Positions 23,901-37,346 of a DNA stretch of 64,000 nucleotides are shown in pieces. A program made the position numbers and the translations under genes. Source of the stretch: Hormiphora californensis (lineage: Eukaryota > Animalia > Ctenophora); the NCBI GenBank assembly GCA_020137815.1, contig CM035362.1, positions 2,542,001 through 2,606,000 of the forward strand, read 5' to 3'. Positions within the stretch are counted from its first letter, which is position 1, and each line of letters begins with the position of its first letter. Under the pieces are notes generated by a model, which was not told where the DNA came from, ran no database searches, and worked only from the letters and a program-made list of their open reading frames with translations.

Positions 23901-26900
23901 TGTTTTGCAACAGCGCCCGTTTTTAGTGAATCCAAGATATACCGGCCACCGTGTCCCATGGGCCCGAACACATTTAGAACAGTCCGTTCCGTGATCTCAC
24001 CGGGCTTGTGGAGAGCTCCAACTTCCTGCAGGGGAAATCGTTTTAAATGCGCAGTAGTTTCGATGTAATTCAAAAACTCAGGAAACAAAATGGTTGATAA
24101 GGGGACAGTTTGCAAATTTCAGGGTTTATAAACTCACAAAACGAGGAGATAGGTAATTGTTTACTTACCTTGGGGACCTTGCTCCTGTGAAGGAATTTGG
24201 GGGCAGCATCCCTGCCACTATTAGCCTTGATGACCTCCCTTATCTCCATAGTATCATCGGCAAGGAAATAATGAAGGATCAGCTCCCTGACGTCACCAAA
24301 CATCTCCCGGGAGTGATCCCAGACACAGAAGAATCGGAGTACCTTCCTGTCGTTCTCGAGGAACTGAGAGGGGAGATTGTTTTGAGTTAGAGGGGGATGT
24401 TTATTGATTTTAGTTTGAGGTTCAAGAGGGACATGGTTCTTACAATTCTGTCTAATAGTAAAGTCTAAAAGTTGATAAAATAATAATGAACAAGCTGGCC
24501 TGCATGATAGTCATTAGTCCGTTATACTCCCTTTCACACCCACCTGTTTGAGTGTATCACATTTCTCGTAAGGTCGATGTGGCTGCATGGCCTCTGCTTG
24601 TTTCTTCCTGTGTTCAAAGTATGGATCTGCGGGTTCTCCACTAGCAGGATCAGGTACCTTAGCACCAGTTTTAGTGAGGTAGTTCCTGGTGAAGGCGTCA
24701 CAATCCTGAGGGGAGGGAGGTAAGGGATATGGGAGAAGGAGGGAAATATGAGCGGTTAAGTTGCCATGGGGTTGCCATGGGCGTGAACCCCTTTTCGGGG
24801 GAAATGTATATTAGATATGAGAAGAGGTCAAGAGGAACTCTACTGATTCTTCAGAAGATAGCTCGTAAGAGAATACCTATAAACTCGATAATCACTGGAT
24901 TTAAAATCAAAAAGCTACATACGGTGATTGTGAAGCTGCGGCTGTAAAGAGTGACATTGTTTCCCACGTTGAAAGAGTCAACTTCATAGAATTTGTCATC
25001 ATGTGGGGCGGGTTTTGCGATTCGATGTCTCCTGATCAGGGTTCCCTGGGGAATTCCCGAGTTTTCCTGGCGAGCTTCATTAACTTGGATACTGTCGTCC
25101 TCTAGGTAGTATAGAATAGTACATCTGGGGTGGAGAGAGTGGTGTTAGGACACAATTGCAATTTTACTGGAGTTGACAGACAGACATGAGAACCTCCATT
25201 GCGTGTTTCCTATATTCGTATCCCAATTGGCCTGGTATGGCCTCGACTCAGTGACTCTCCCTAACTCGGCAGCTGGTGACCGTGTCATGTGATCCCAGGC
25301 ATCGATATAATACTAATCAGCCCTAAACAATGTTACGAACTTGTTACGCTAACCAAATCCCTGTTACATGACCCATTAGCAATGTAGGGCCCTGTTACAT
25401 GACCCATTAGCAATGTAGGGCCCTGTTACATGACCCAATAGCAATGTAGGGCCTTGTTACATGACCCATTAGCAATGTAGGGCCCTGTTACATGACCCAT
25501 TAGCCATGGAAGGCCCTGTTACATGACCCATTAGCGATGTAGGACCTTGTTACATGACCCATTAGCGATGGAAGGCCCTGTTACATAATCGATTAGCGAT
25601 ATAAGTCTTGTCACCCCTAATTAGATACGAAATCACAACACCACTTGAATGGAACGACATCACCGATTACAAGAGATTGGAACGTGCAATTATTGGGAAT
25701 CCAGTCAACTTGATCACATAGTTTTCACACGTCATACCAAATTGCAGCAGTCCACCTGCCGGGGTACTTATACCCTTCATTTCCAACAACAAACCATCCC
25801 CAAACACTTCCTTCTCTCTACCACTACATCATCTACTATAACTGCTACCTGTACTACTACATCATGTCTACTGCAGCTGTCTGTGTTTCTGACCTCTACA
25901 CCTCCATCCGAGTCCTGGGCGAAGGAGGCTACGGTTCTGTCATGCTCGTCCAGAGCAAGGAGGATGGCTCTCTCCATGCTGCCAAGGTGATCCCTGACTC
26001 CAAGTGCAAGAGGAAGACCTACTGCCCCCTCCGTGACTGTGACCTGCCTGATGAGATCATTCTGTGGGAGGAGCTGAAACACCCCAACATCCTGAACCTG
26101 GAGGAGATGTACTTTGATGAGCCCTCCGATTCCTGGATCCTGATAATGGAGTACGTGGCTGGTTTTGAGGACCTCTTCTCCTACATTGACCGTGCCGGAT
26201 CCCTGACCCCTGCTGAGGCGAGGAAGATCCTGCGAGGAGTCCTGGATACAGTCTACTACATGCTAACAGTTGGAATCGACCATCGTGACATAAAGGACGA
26301 GAACATCCTCTACAACCCTACCACCTGGACAGATCAAACTGATAGACTTTGGATCCGCCTCCCTCCTCGCTGAGCGTTACAACCGATTCCAGGGAACTGA
26401 TGTCTACCTTCCTCCTGAATTCTTTGTCGATGGAACCCACGGATCCCTCCCTTCCACAACCTGGGCCATTGGATGCCTCGCTTACTGCCTGCTGAACGGT
26501 GACTGCCCCTTTGCTACAGCCCAGGATGTCAAGGATTACAAAACCCGAGGTCTGAACTTCCTGAATTCCTCCCTGGACCTGCCCTCTCGAGAGTTCATTC
26601 TCCGCCTTCTCAGATTGAACGAGGATGATCGACCCCTACCTACAGAAATCTTCATTGATGAGTGGATGATGCTTTGAATATATCTTGTTTTTGTATGTTT
26701 TTTATATTTCGATAACTAAAAAACTAATGGTCTTGCTTGTCCAAACAACTCTTCAATCATCTGATCTCACGTTGCTGATCATACTCAGATAAGTTTGCCA
26801 GAGAAAGATAGAAATACACAGACAGACCGACAAACAAGGCAGAGTAATAGACAGACAGCTCAGTACCTCCTAATTCGGTATGTTTCCTCCCTCTTTTCAT

Positions 26901-27300
26901 GTACAGCCTCCTGGAAGTAAGCACTAAACCGGAGCACTTGTCGATCAAATGCCACCCAAGAAGGGGCGGGCTGTCCAACTCCGTTAGGTACAATGGTTGT
27001 TTTGGAAGGTCCACCCACACCTACTTCAACGGGGACACCGTTTCGCATGTCAAAGGCATGTCCCTTGTTGAAGGTGTCCTTACCTAACTGAGAGGGAGAG
27101 AAAGTGTTAGTTGAGGCGGAATAATATGTTGGCTGTGAGAACAAGAAATACAAAAGGTGGGAGAATTCTGCCAAACTGGAAAGTACTGTTGCTTTGTTTT
27201 GGTCAAATACTCAAATAGAGACAGAGTCGAGCAAGGCAACTGTTGTAAGATAACTTACAGTTGAGTTGGTAGAGTATCCTGGAAGGAAAGGAAGAGCCAT
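20910..27300 (-). CDS. EFHC2: EF-hand domain-containing family member C2 (DM10-domain ciliary microtubule inner protein), multi-exon
   Basis: Starts MALPFLPG; PSWVAFDRQVLRFSAYFQEAVHE; YYLEDDSIQ; FGDVRELILHYFLADDTMEIRE; PPYNGWGSEEDS; FIISFFLSDGTISVFE; last exon ends at TGA 20912-20910. Several 3' exon boundaries are approximate. Confidence 0.88.
22335..22781. repeat. Intronic minisatellite, ~18 x 25 bp
   Basis: Unit GCCACTGGTGATGGGGGTGATAGTT inside an EFHC2 intron. Confidence 0.92.
25359..25612. repeat. Minisatellite, ~8 x 31 bp, upstream of the nested kinase
   Basis: Unit CCTGTTACATGACCCATTAGCAATGTAGGGC, degenerating toward the 3' end. Confidence 0.9.
25864..26677 (+). pseudogene. Intronless PIM/PASK-like Ser/Thr kinase nested antisense in an EFHC2 intron, with one +1 frameshift near 26325 (pseudogene or sequencing error)
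   Basis: LGEGGYGSV, AAKVI and HRDIKDENIL in the first frame; GQIKLIDFGS, FQGTDVYLPPEF and WAIGCLAYCLLNGDCPF in the shifted frame; stop at 26675-26677. Confidence 0.8.
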
Positions 27301-27504
27301 CACTTCACCTACTATGCCCTACTAAAACAGAGAGGGGTTATAATGAGTTGACGATTTGTGAAGTGGGAGTTGGGAGTTCGGTGATATTTTGACCGGTCCC
27401 ACTTTGGGGAACAGTGTATCAGTGTGACCTATCAAAGATATCAATTGATGCAAACACAAACTTGAAATATTGAAATGAGTGAAAATGAAAATGAAAATGA
27501 TATT

Positions 27505-28272
27505 TCAACGTCGCAACATATCCAATATCATGTCAGCATCGTTAAATTCCCACATAGTCTCATCAGGGTGCATGTAGTGAGAGAGATTCTTGAGGTTTAG
27601 CCAAATGTTGTAGTGGAGAACATACGTCTTGTTTTCATTGTGGTCGGCAATGCAGTAGTAAAGAGCGTGAGCACACAACTGTCGCATAAGGAGCTCTTTG
27701 TTGTTAGAATGTGGTTGAATTCCTTCTAACAGGAAAATTAGGGCACCAGACTCTCGGCATAAATCCTGGTTGTCTTTCATGCAAAAGGCACATAATTCCG
27801 AGATGGCGCTCACACAAGCCAGTTTGATCTCGTACAGCTCGTCTTGGTTTGCCAGTTTTTGGCACAAGTCAGGGATTACAAACTTTCCAATATACCCGCT
27901 GGTTTCGTTTCCACCTGTAATTGAAATGTGACCCAGGGATCGGATTGATTCAACCATCTCGGCCGTTGTTACGGCTGTTCTCATTTTGGTAACAGCTGCC
28001 GTAATGTGTGACTTCATCGGGTTGCTGAAGAAATCCATTGCGTCGTAGTCCGGTTCTGGAGTTTTTGAATGGTATGCCTTAGATATCATCCCAATGAATG
28101 ATTCAGAGACCCTCTTAGCGTTGACGCTCAGCCGCCTCATATTTCCCGACTGTTTGAAAGGGGTCAGGAGAGATGAATCCATGACAGAGTTGCGTTTCAG
28201 TGAGACCATGACAGTGATGGTAGTGATGGTGACAAATGTACCAAGACAATAAAACAAGATCCCTTCAAGCAT
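27505..28272 (-). CDS. Single-exon 255-aa protein with an N-terminal hydrophobic segment and armadillo-like helical repeats
   Basis: Long ORF of normal composition; NQDLCRESGALIFLL and ENKTYV resemble ARM repeats; family not recognised. Confidence 0.6.
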   Translation of the reverse strand: MLEGILFYCLGTFVTITTITVMVSLKRNSVMDSSLLTPFKQSGNMRRLSVNAKRVSESFIGMISKAYHSKTPEPDYDAMDFFSNPMKSHITAAVTKMRTAVTTAEMVESIRSLGHISITGGNETSGYIGKFVIPDLCQKLANQDELYEIKLACVSAISELCAFCMKDNQDLCRESGALIFLLEGIQPHSNNKELLMRQLCAHALYYCIADHNENKTYVLHYNIWLNLKNLSHYMHPDETMWEFNDADMILDMLRR

Positions 28273-29310
28273 GATATCAAGTATTTGTTAGCAAGGCGTG
28301 TTCAAAGTTTACTCGCTGTTACAGCCAAAGCGCACACTCGGTTGTCAGGTTACTCCGCAAGCAATCGTCGTTCGGACGAATCGTTTCGAAACAAATTATT
28401 CGAACGCGCGCAAGCCACGCGCGACCAAAATTCTTTGCGCGTGCTAGCAAAATCGAGTGCGACGTCATTTTGAAATTTAATTCACACCAGTTTTTTTTTC
28501 GATCTCCCCGGTTCCCGTGTGCGCTTTTTTTAAAACTGGACTCCGAAGAAGCTTCTGTTCCAAACCCTCCACGTGGTACTTTCCAAGCACAAAATGAGCT
28601 ATCTCCGGCCTAGTCCAGCCTTAGAAATAGAAGGTAGACAAGATAGTTTTTTTTATCGACATTCGGCCTTTCTCTGAACGAGAAGAAGGGTCTGGTGCTC
28701 TGCGAGAAGCACCAAAATTCACAGAGATTATTCTCAATAGTCAATACTGGCTAGTGGCTAAACAGGCAAATTCAACATCTATCCGATAAAATTATGTGCA
28801 CTGGGGAAGGTTATATTAACATCCCCATGTTAAAAACAAAATCATAAAAGTAAAACGTTTTATTTAATCAATTCAAGTCTTGTCATTATCTCAATATCTC
28901 ACTTCTCTCTGGAATCAATTTCCTGAAGGACCGCCATTGTTTCGATATCCATTGTTGTGTATCCAAACCTTCCAGTTCCAGGAACGGAGTTGCTCTTGGT
29001 GTACCTCTCTCGTGCGTTACTCGCTCCTGTGGGGGTATTCATCGAGTTTTAGGAGGTCTTTAAAAGAATTTATAAACGAATTTAGAGGGTCTTTAAAAGA
29101 ATTTATAACCGAATCTTTCTATTAGAAGAAACACTGTTAAAGAAAATAATTTTATGCACTGTCAGGCTGTAGAATTCTTCGTAGAAATTCATAACGGGTG
29201 GTATTTGCATGCAAAGATTAAGCTTTGGTTGTCGGCCCCGCCTATTGTGAAATATCAAAGATTAAATAGAAGTAAATAGCTGCATCTAATATTTATCTTT
29301 GTATCTATAT

Positions 29311-30440
29311 ATTATACCAAAACTAATTAAAATTAGTAGGCCGGAAAGGTTGCCCTATGATTTGAGCTACCTTTGCCACCGTAACATTCACGGGCTATAA
29401 CAGACAGGGTACAGATGCTTCGTCTATCTTCAAAAGGTAATGTGCCGGTGCCAAAGGTAGCTCAAATCATAGGGCAACCTTTCCGGCCTACTAATTTTAA
29501 TTAGTTTTGGTATAATTTGCATCATTTTTGGGATTTTTTATCCATTTAGATGTAGTAGAACAGATACGGAGAGTATGGAATCGCTAAATTGAAAAAATTT
29601 CATTTTTGACGTCATTTTGACGTCATAAAATGACGTCACGACGTCATGACGTCACAATTAAAACGTCATATCATCGGGATTACCTAGATAAAGATACTGA
29701 CCAAGTTTGAGATCGATTGGATGAGATTTGAGTCCGCTATGGCGAAAAAACCCATATCGTCATATCTATTTTTAAACAGTCATAACACTTCAGACGCGTT
29801 TTAAGACCCTTATACATGTAGTTTTGAAAATTCGCGGTATATTTACTGAAAGTTTAGACAATTCTCTTTCCATGATATAGTCTTCGTTTTTCGATTAGAA
29901 TCCGTCTTCCGGGTCTAAATTGAACTCAAAGAATTTTGGTCAGAGTCTGAAAAATGACGACTTTAAGACGTTCTGTAGGACGTTCCTGGCGATGAAAAGA
30001 GACCCCATATCGACTAATGCACACACATCCAGTAGATCTACCAGCTGTGAAAACGAGAAGTTTCTATCTCTTTTCGTTTGGCGTGAATATGGTTTACAAA
30101 AAGCGTCTCTCCTACGCGCGTGCGTGCGCGCGTATATGCATGTTACACTGAATTTATGGCAAATGGGACCTATCTGTAACTTCGGTTCCAGATGAGATAA
30201 AGACTTGAAATTTTAAACTTGAGTCAAAGACCCCAAGCCGGGTATACATTCCAAATTTCAAGTCAAATGGATGAAAGGGAGCCACGCTATAGCCTTCTAA
30301 AGTCTGGGTTTTCAGCCAAAACACCCATAAAACGTATAACTGCGTTTCTGGCGGCGCTTTGGGGGGGGGGGGGGGGGGGGAATGGCAACCTTTGCGCTTG
30401 CCAGCGCAGTGATATCTGTCATCTGATATTCTGATATTTG
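29311..30440 (+). mobile_element. Helentron-associated (HINE/DINE-1-like) non-autonomous element
   Basis: 5' ATTATACC with a local inverted repeat (29311-29516) containing AAAGGTTGCC; 3' GGCAACCTTT followed by the hairpin TGCGCT-TGCC-AGCGCA near 30385-30410. The 3' end is approximate. Confidence 0.5.
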
Positions 30441-33269
30441 TTGATCCAGCAGATAATGCCTAACTTGCCCATAATCTACAAATTCTGTCATATCCTGCCT
30501 TGTCTCAAAATAAAAAGGGTTTGAACGAATCAATTAATACACACCTGGGTGGTTTGAAGTCATCTCAACTCTAGTATACTGAATAGGAGCAGCAGCAGCT
30601 GGGTCGTTGAAATTGAATGCTGGATTATCCAAACCGGCTGTAGAGGTGAGAGTGGTTAGGTGTATATACCGGCACGGGGGTTGCATGGCAATTGTCATAA
30701 TACTCATGGGCTTAGTGACACGTGATATTATTAGTGATATTGTTAGTGCCAGCCATTCCTGTCAGGTGCCATATATATATATGTTGTGTCGAGGCCGGGT
30801 GTGGTAGTACTACCAGATCTCCGAGAGATAACTTGAGGGTCTTGACATGTGAAATAAATCAATTTTTGACTTCCCCTTATTTTTCATCTTCAGCTAATTC
30901 ACACGGCCGTCACGAGCCCTCCATCAAGCCCCCCCCCCCCCAATCAAGCCTCCCATCAAGTCACGCCCCCAATCAAGCCCCCCCCCCCCAACCAAGCCCC
31001 CTATCAAGCCACGCCCCCCCCCCCCCCCCAGAGGAAAATAGTTATCAGACTGCTACCGTCGCGACGTAGTTGCGAGTAATACTGTAGTTTTAGGAATGGT
31101 TAAACAGTTCGATTTCGGGTATATTGCCTGAAGAACTGCAGTTTTTGACGTATTCTGGCGAGAGAAGTCTTGTATAGAATTTTGTTGTAGACAAGTCAAT
31201 TCTCAGAGATATTATATATACAGTTGTATTTCTCACGGCCAGTGATCGTCTGTCACGGCAGTGATCTGACATTCCTCTCAGAACAATAATTGTTGCTCAA
31301 AGATTGCCCTTAAAAGGAAAATACTCATTACTCCCATAATGACTCCATCAAAGATATTATATGTCCTTTCCCGTGTGACAGTTGCTTTAATAGTTGGTAT
31401 CTTTATCTTAATGCGTCAAAATGATAATCACTGGGAACTTTTTGAGAAGATTTTATCTCCTTTTTTGTAGTTGTTCGGGAGCTTTTCATGAGACTCCTTC
31501 ATTTGAATTAAAATCTTTTTATAGCCCGTTCAAGCTATGTAATGAACGTGTCCCTCACAGGTCAAACTTAAATTATACCACTTCACCAAAGGCACCAGAC
31601 CTCTCGTTTTGATTCTTAAATACAATATAATATACCTGGCACCCCAATTTACAAAACCCTTTCCCCCGAGCATCAGCTCGTAAATTAGAGTCCGACTGCA
31701 GTACCACGTAACTTTGATAGTAACAGTAACAGTAACAGTTTAGTTCATTTGTCTGTACCTGGATTGTAGTTGGGTGTAAAGTGGACCCACTCATCACTGC
31801 TCACACTGCTGCTTGTCGAGGTTTTAGAGATAGGGCTCTGTTGTGGTGGTTGTGAATTTCTTGCACTGAAACGATCGTGTAATGAGAGATCCGACTAAAT
31901 TTGAAATAAAAATCAGTTTCGTCGGACATCGCTCAATAAAAACATTGATAGAAGTTTGTCCCTCACACTATTTTACCAGACCTGACCTGGATAACCTCTG
32001 CACATGAATCATGATTCAACCCACACTTGCTAGTCGGACCGGGATGCTCGGTAAATATCGGGGTCCGATCACTGTATTATAAACAGCTACTACTTGTTAT
32101 GTTCTAACCTTCCTTTACAAACAGAGTCGAGCTAGGCAAGCTACTACAATGTACCTGCTATAGTTTGAATTATCAAAGTAAGCGGCGTTGTTCTGGAGAG
32201 TTGGGGTAAACGGCTTGTGAGTCGTCCTGAGAAGATATTGGGGTTTAGTAAGTTGAGTATCATGGGCATTACAATTTAGTTAATTAATTAATTAATTCGT
32301 AGAAGTATATATCAATCGAATCAATTTGTTGGGTTCCCCCGTCAGATCAGCTCGTCGTCATCTGGGGACGCTGAACACACTGTAAACCTACTCGTTCATA
32401 TCGTAGAAAGCGCTATCAAAGCTTGGCATTCGAGGAGTCGCTTTCCTGCTTTCTTTAATCACCTGCCGTTTAAAAGGAAGATTAGTCTTGGCAAAAAGCC
32501 CAATTATATCGGTGCCCTTAGTGTGTGGTAATTATGTACACACGAAGTTTTGAGAACCAGTTCCCAGAACCCCCCTCGCATATCGCATTATATATCTGGT
32601 GGGGGACGAGGCATAATTTGAAAGTTTCTAATGACTTGTATGAGAGTGGGGGCACGGCGGGTGGTACCTGCCTTTGGTGGTTTTGAACAGGAATGTGATT
32701 ACAGAGCAACTTACAAAAAGTACGGGTATATTTGCTTTATGCAGCGCCACACGTATTTTGATTGGGTTGTTAGCACTCATGCCACGTGGGTATGTTAACC
32801 TTGTGGCATCAGCTGAACTGTCAGCTGATCCACTATGCATGTTTGTCGGTAGTCATGTATGTTTATCATCTGAATGTGAGTTTGCTGCTTGTTTGTCTGT
32901 TGTGGTAATAAACCTGAGTTTATTCATTGTTTCACCGCTACAGTATTGTTAGACACTGCAGTCTGAGTTATTTTGTATTGACCGGATTAGAATGCATTGT
33001 TCCCGGAGGAGAAGAAAGGCTGATTATTCTGAAAGAGAAACTTCACACGGGTGTGGTTTGATCTGGTATGCCGCTTGTACCAAGTTAGACAATAGCTGCT
33101 TTTGTCTGACAATCGTAGTAGTCCGCAGCAAACCAATCAGATGCTCCAGAAGATCTACCGATAGTTGGAGACAATGGGGAACTACCTACGCCCTGGATTG
33201 GAGACGGAGAACGTGTGGAGGAGAAGACGGGTGTGGTCAGCTGGTACAAGAGGAGAGGACACTTGTCAG

Positions 33270-33520
33270 TTCCCAGCAGTTCCTGAGAGGCAGTTCTGCT
33301 GAGGCAGTTCGGCCCTGAGAGTTCTGATGTAGCAGTTCCTGAGAGGCAGTTCCTGCGAGTGCGAGTTCCAGAGATCCCGAGTTCTGCTTTGAGAGACACT
33401 TAGAGAATGAGAGAGTTCCTGAGAGAGACACTAGAGTAAGTTCTGTACGGAGACAGTTCTGCCGAGAGAGTTGAGTTCTATTGAGTCAGTTCCTGTGATC
33501 TGAAGCATAGCCTGAGCTTT
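33270..33520. repeat. Degenerate GAGAGGCAGTTCCT/GAGTTCT short-repeat tract, possibly part of an LTR-like element
   Basis: Recurrent GAGTTC/CAGTTCCTG motifs; no partner LTR or coding domain seen. Confidence 0.4.
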
Positions 33521-36207
33521 AGTCTGAGATCCAGCCTTAGTCTAGCAATGTGGCTTACTAAGACGCTGGCGACTAAATGAGTCCCGAGACTCTGCATAGA
33601 GAGCCCCGCATCTGAGATATGAGTTCTGCACGAGAATGAGTAGAGTAGAGAGAGAGAGAAATAGTATGGCTGCATTTATGAGTATTTTATTGTTTCGGTT
33701 TAGTTTTAGTTTTGGCTCGGAATCGGTTGTATCATTTTGTCTGTGTCAGAAACAGCAATCCACCGTTCTTGTGCGGTGTTTTTGTGATAGTACAAAAGGA
33801 CAGAACACGGACACTGCGCCGCACAACCCTTGGGTTTTAAAGCATTTGAACAAATACCCGAGTATTTTTTTAATACCCAGGCCAAATTTTTAAATAATGG
33901 TCCCCAGGGGGCCAAAAGGGCAAACATTTATCCGCCACGGGCCGTGATTTATAATTAAAATATACTTTCTCCACCTCCACAAAATTTGGAATACATTTTT
34001 TTCGTTGGGAAAAAAATAATCCCTTTACCACAACTGACCCTCTCACCCCCATCCTTAGATTTCCAACAAATTTGTTCATCCAACTTTATTCTGTGGGATA
34101 ATGTAGGTTTTGGGTTCTCCTTCTCCCTGTTCCCTTCCTGGATGTCCTCCAAATTTTAGCCCGTCCTCGTTTCGGTAGTGGGCTCTTATGGGTTTTCAAT
34201 TTCTCCCTGGCCCCCCCTCTTCTCTTCTTCCTTCTCTCTCCTCTCTCCTCCACTCCGACCACCTCCAATGGACCGTAGGGCCCTCCATTTTTCTTGGGTT
34301 TTTTATTTTTCCCCCCAGCCCTGGATCCTTAGGATCTACCCGGAGGCCCCGGAGTAAAAATAGTTTAACTGCAAATAGGTGTTTAAGGTTGAACATATGA
34401 ATTTTCAAACTATGGTTTTTTAACAGGTAATGGGGTCTCCGCTTCCCCCCTTTTTTCTCGCTAAATCTGGAGTCTCTTAATTCTTTTCATCTAGTCTTAA
34501 GTGGTTTAGTTAAATTTCCTTTATTTATTACTTCCATTCTAATTCCCTATGTTTCTTTACATCTAACCTCTCGTCCCTTCCTCATTTTCATCTCTCTCTT
34601 CATCCAAAGTCTTAATTCACTCAATATCTCTCCTCGGGTCTTTCTTTATTTTATATCCTTCTCGCTTCCCCTTTCCCTTTTCTTCTCTATGACTGTTATT
34701 CTGTTCTCCCCTCCTCATCTTTCTCTCATGCCCCTTTTTCTCTCACTCCTTTCTCTCTCTCCTCTGCTTTCATCTCATCTCTCTCTATTCTTCTCTTCTC
34801 TCTTCTCTTCTCTTCTTCTCTCTTCTCTTTTGCTCTTCTCCTTGTGCGTCATTTCCTTTGCTTGTCCTCTTCCCCTGTCTCTGTCCCTTCTCTCCCCTTT
34901 CCCCTTTTCCCACCAAAGGGAAAACAGGGCCGGGCCCCCAACGGCGGGGCGCAACGGGGGGGAAAAAAAGGAAAAGGTGGGGGGGAGGGGGGAAAACCGG
35001 GGTTTTTCCAAAAACCCCGGGCCCCAAAGGGCTACGGCCTATCCGTACTCTCGCTTCTCGCTCTACTATCACTCGCACTATCTCTCGATGCCTTGCCTCA
35101 TCTTCTACTCTACTCTCTCTTTCTCGCTACTACCCATATCTCGTTTCTGACTGTCTCATCTATCTCTCCTGTCTTTCTCTATGACTGTCATTCTATTCTC
35201 TCTCTTCTCTCTCTATCTCTCTCTCTCTATGTCTATGTCTCTGTCTCTGTATCTCTCTAGTCTCTGTCTCTGTCTGTGTCTCTGTCTCGTGTTATGGTCT
35301 GTCTCGTCTGTCTCCTTCTATCTCTCTCTCACGTATCCATAGACTGCAGCTCTGCTCTCTAGAGCGAGAGAGCGAGAGCGAGACCATCAGCGGAGACAGA
35401 CCAGCAGCGAGATAGAGATATCTACCCTCTCTACTCTATCTCTCTCTCGCTATCTCTCTCTATCTCTCTTCCTCTTCTCTATCTCTTCTCTCTCTCTCTC
35501 TCTCTTCTCTCTCTCTTCGCTCTATCTCTCTCTCTCTCGTCAGCTCTCTCTCTATCTCTCTCTTCTTCGTCTCATTCCTCTGTCTCTGTCTCTGTGTTCA
35601 TCTACTTCTCTGCGCTCTGCCGTCTCTGTCTCTGTCGAGTCTCGAGCTGTTCTATGCTGTCATATGTCTCGTACGCTCGTGCTCGTCATCTCGCTCTAGT
35701 CTCATATCTGATTGCGCGAACAGCTATTCGTCGTCCAGAGAGCGAGTAGAGAGAGAGAGGAGAGAGGAGAGAGAGCGAGAGAGAAGGAGCGAGAGGAGAG
35801 AGGAGGAGCAAGCGAGCGCAGGAGACGGGAAGAAGGGAGGAGGAGCGCGAGAAGGAGAAGGAGAGAGAGGAAGGAGAAGGAGAAGAGCAAGGCGCGGCGG
35901 AGACAGCACGGAAGGCGAGAGGAGAGGAGCAGGAGACAGCAAGGGAAGGAGGCGAAGGGACAGGAGAAGGAGAAGGGAGAGGAGAGGAGAAGAGACGGAG
36001 ACGAAGGCGAGGCGACAGGAGAAGAATGGAGAGGCTAACGGCACGGAAGGAGCGGAGAGAAGGGAAGACTGAGAAGGATGAAGGAGCGAAGGGTCCGGAA
36101 GGAAGAGAAGGGAAGATACGGAGACGGCGAAGGAGCAGGCGACAGGTAGACAGAGCTACGCTCGTCATGCTCTACTTCTCTTAACTTTCTCCGCGCATTC
36201 TCGTATG

Positions 36208-36242
<35 letters not shown>

Positions 36243-36681
36243 TCTCTCTACCATTTATGACTTTTATTTGACAGTCCCCCCTACCTTGGTGCCAACGTGA
36301 AATACTTTCCTTTCTCACATTTTTTAAATCAAAATCCGACCTTTTAGTTTTTTTTTCTGGAGAATTAGCACCTTTTATAAACTCAGCTCTTGATTGGTGG
36401 AGGAAAGGGAGCTCGCTATAAGGTTGGCGATTATATAAAAGTGCCTATATATATTCGCCAAGCGTTTAGTAACCTTCTAACTACTACTTCCTCGAGTTTT
36501 CTTCTTTTCTGTTAAAGTGTCTTTTCTCTGTTACTGGTTTTCCATTAAGTTCAATTATTCCTTATTTTTAACCAACCCGAAAATTAGGAACAGTGGAACC
36601 CCGATTTACAAAGAGGATAGAATTTCACCAAGTAGATCGGCGTTCCGGTAAATCAGGGTCCGCCATCAGACTTTTTTATAC

Positions 36682-36987
36682 CTGGAATGGAAATATTTCC
36701 TTATCTAGGCCTTTTGGGCTCTTGGAAAGTCCCTGCCTCTTGTTTAGTATGAACTGAAGCTCGTGGCTCGATACGATCATGTATCCTGAAAATAGTTGTT
36801 TTATGAGTTACTTTTGATACGCTTCAGGCCGGTCCAGGCTCTTGAGGTTGCTAACCACGTTACCAAGGTAACAGAGGGTGTTGTTAACAATAGATACGTT
36901 ACCTTTGTAGAGCGAGACACCTTTGTTGTCGATTTTCTTCCCTTTGAAGGGGGTTCCGCCTGACAACCAAGGCCGTGATGATGCCAT
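36682..36987 (-). CDS. First two exons (36987-36903, 36785-36682) of an unidentified gene: MASSRPWLSGGTPFKGKKIDNKGVSLYKGYMIVSSHELQFILNKRQGLSKSPKGLDKEIFPFQ
   Basis: AG acceptor just before the ATG; phase-compatible GT-AG intron; open frame. Candidate last exons at ~32709-32668 and ~32463-32391 lie beyond a low-quality stretch. Confidence 0.45.
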
Positions 36988-37346
36988 TCTGGGGTCTACA
37001 AGATATGGACGGTGTTATAACAGGTGAGGGAAGCAGTAATGGAAGCAATAACCTTAAAATCTAAAGTCTGTATGAGCGAATAGTCGATATATACAAATAC
37101 AGCAATAGAATTAACAAAACATAGAAAAGAAGAATATAAAGGTTAAAGGTAAAACAGAACAAAATTGTGCATTGAGATGAGTGAGTTGTTGTACTACTGT
37201 CTACTCAACGACAACATTGAAACAGCCGTACCCGTCCCATTCATGATGTACACATTGGTGTACCCTCCTAAATAGACGTGAGAGGACAGTGCAGGAGGGA
37301 GAGAAGAAGAGGGGATATCATACCCAACCGACAACATTACTGAGTA

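Noticed and set aside
28893-29040. Short minus-strand ORF MNTPTGASNARE... (47 aa)
   Set aside because: No recognisable homology or convincing splice context.
33900-36240. Many Leu/Ser- and Arg/Glu-rich ORFs
   Set aside because: Garbled CT/GA and homopolymer-rich sequence typical of unpolished long-read or gap-fill sequence; no credible protein.
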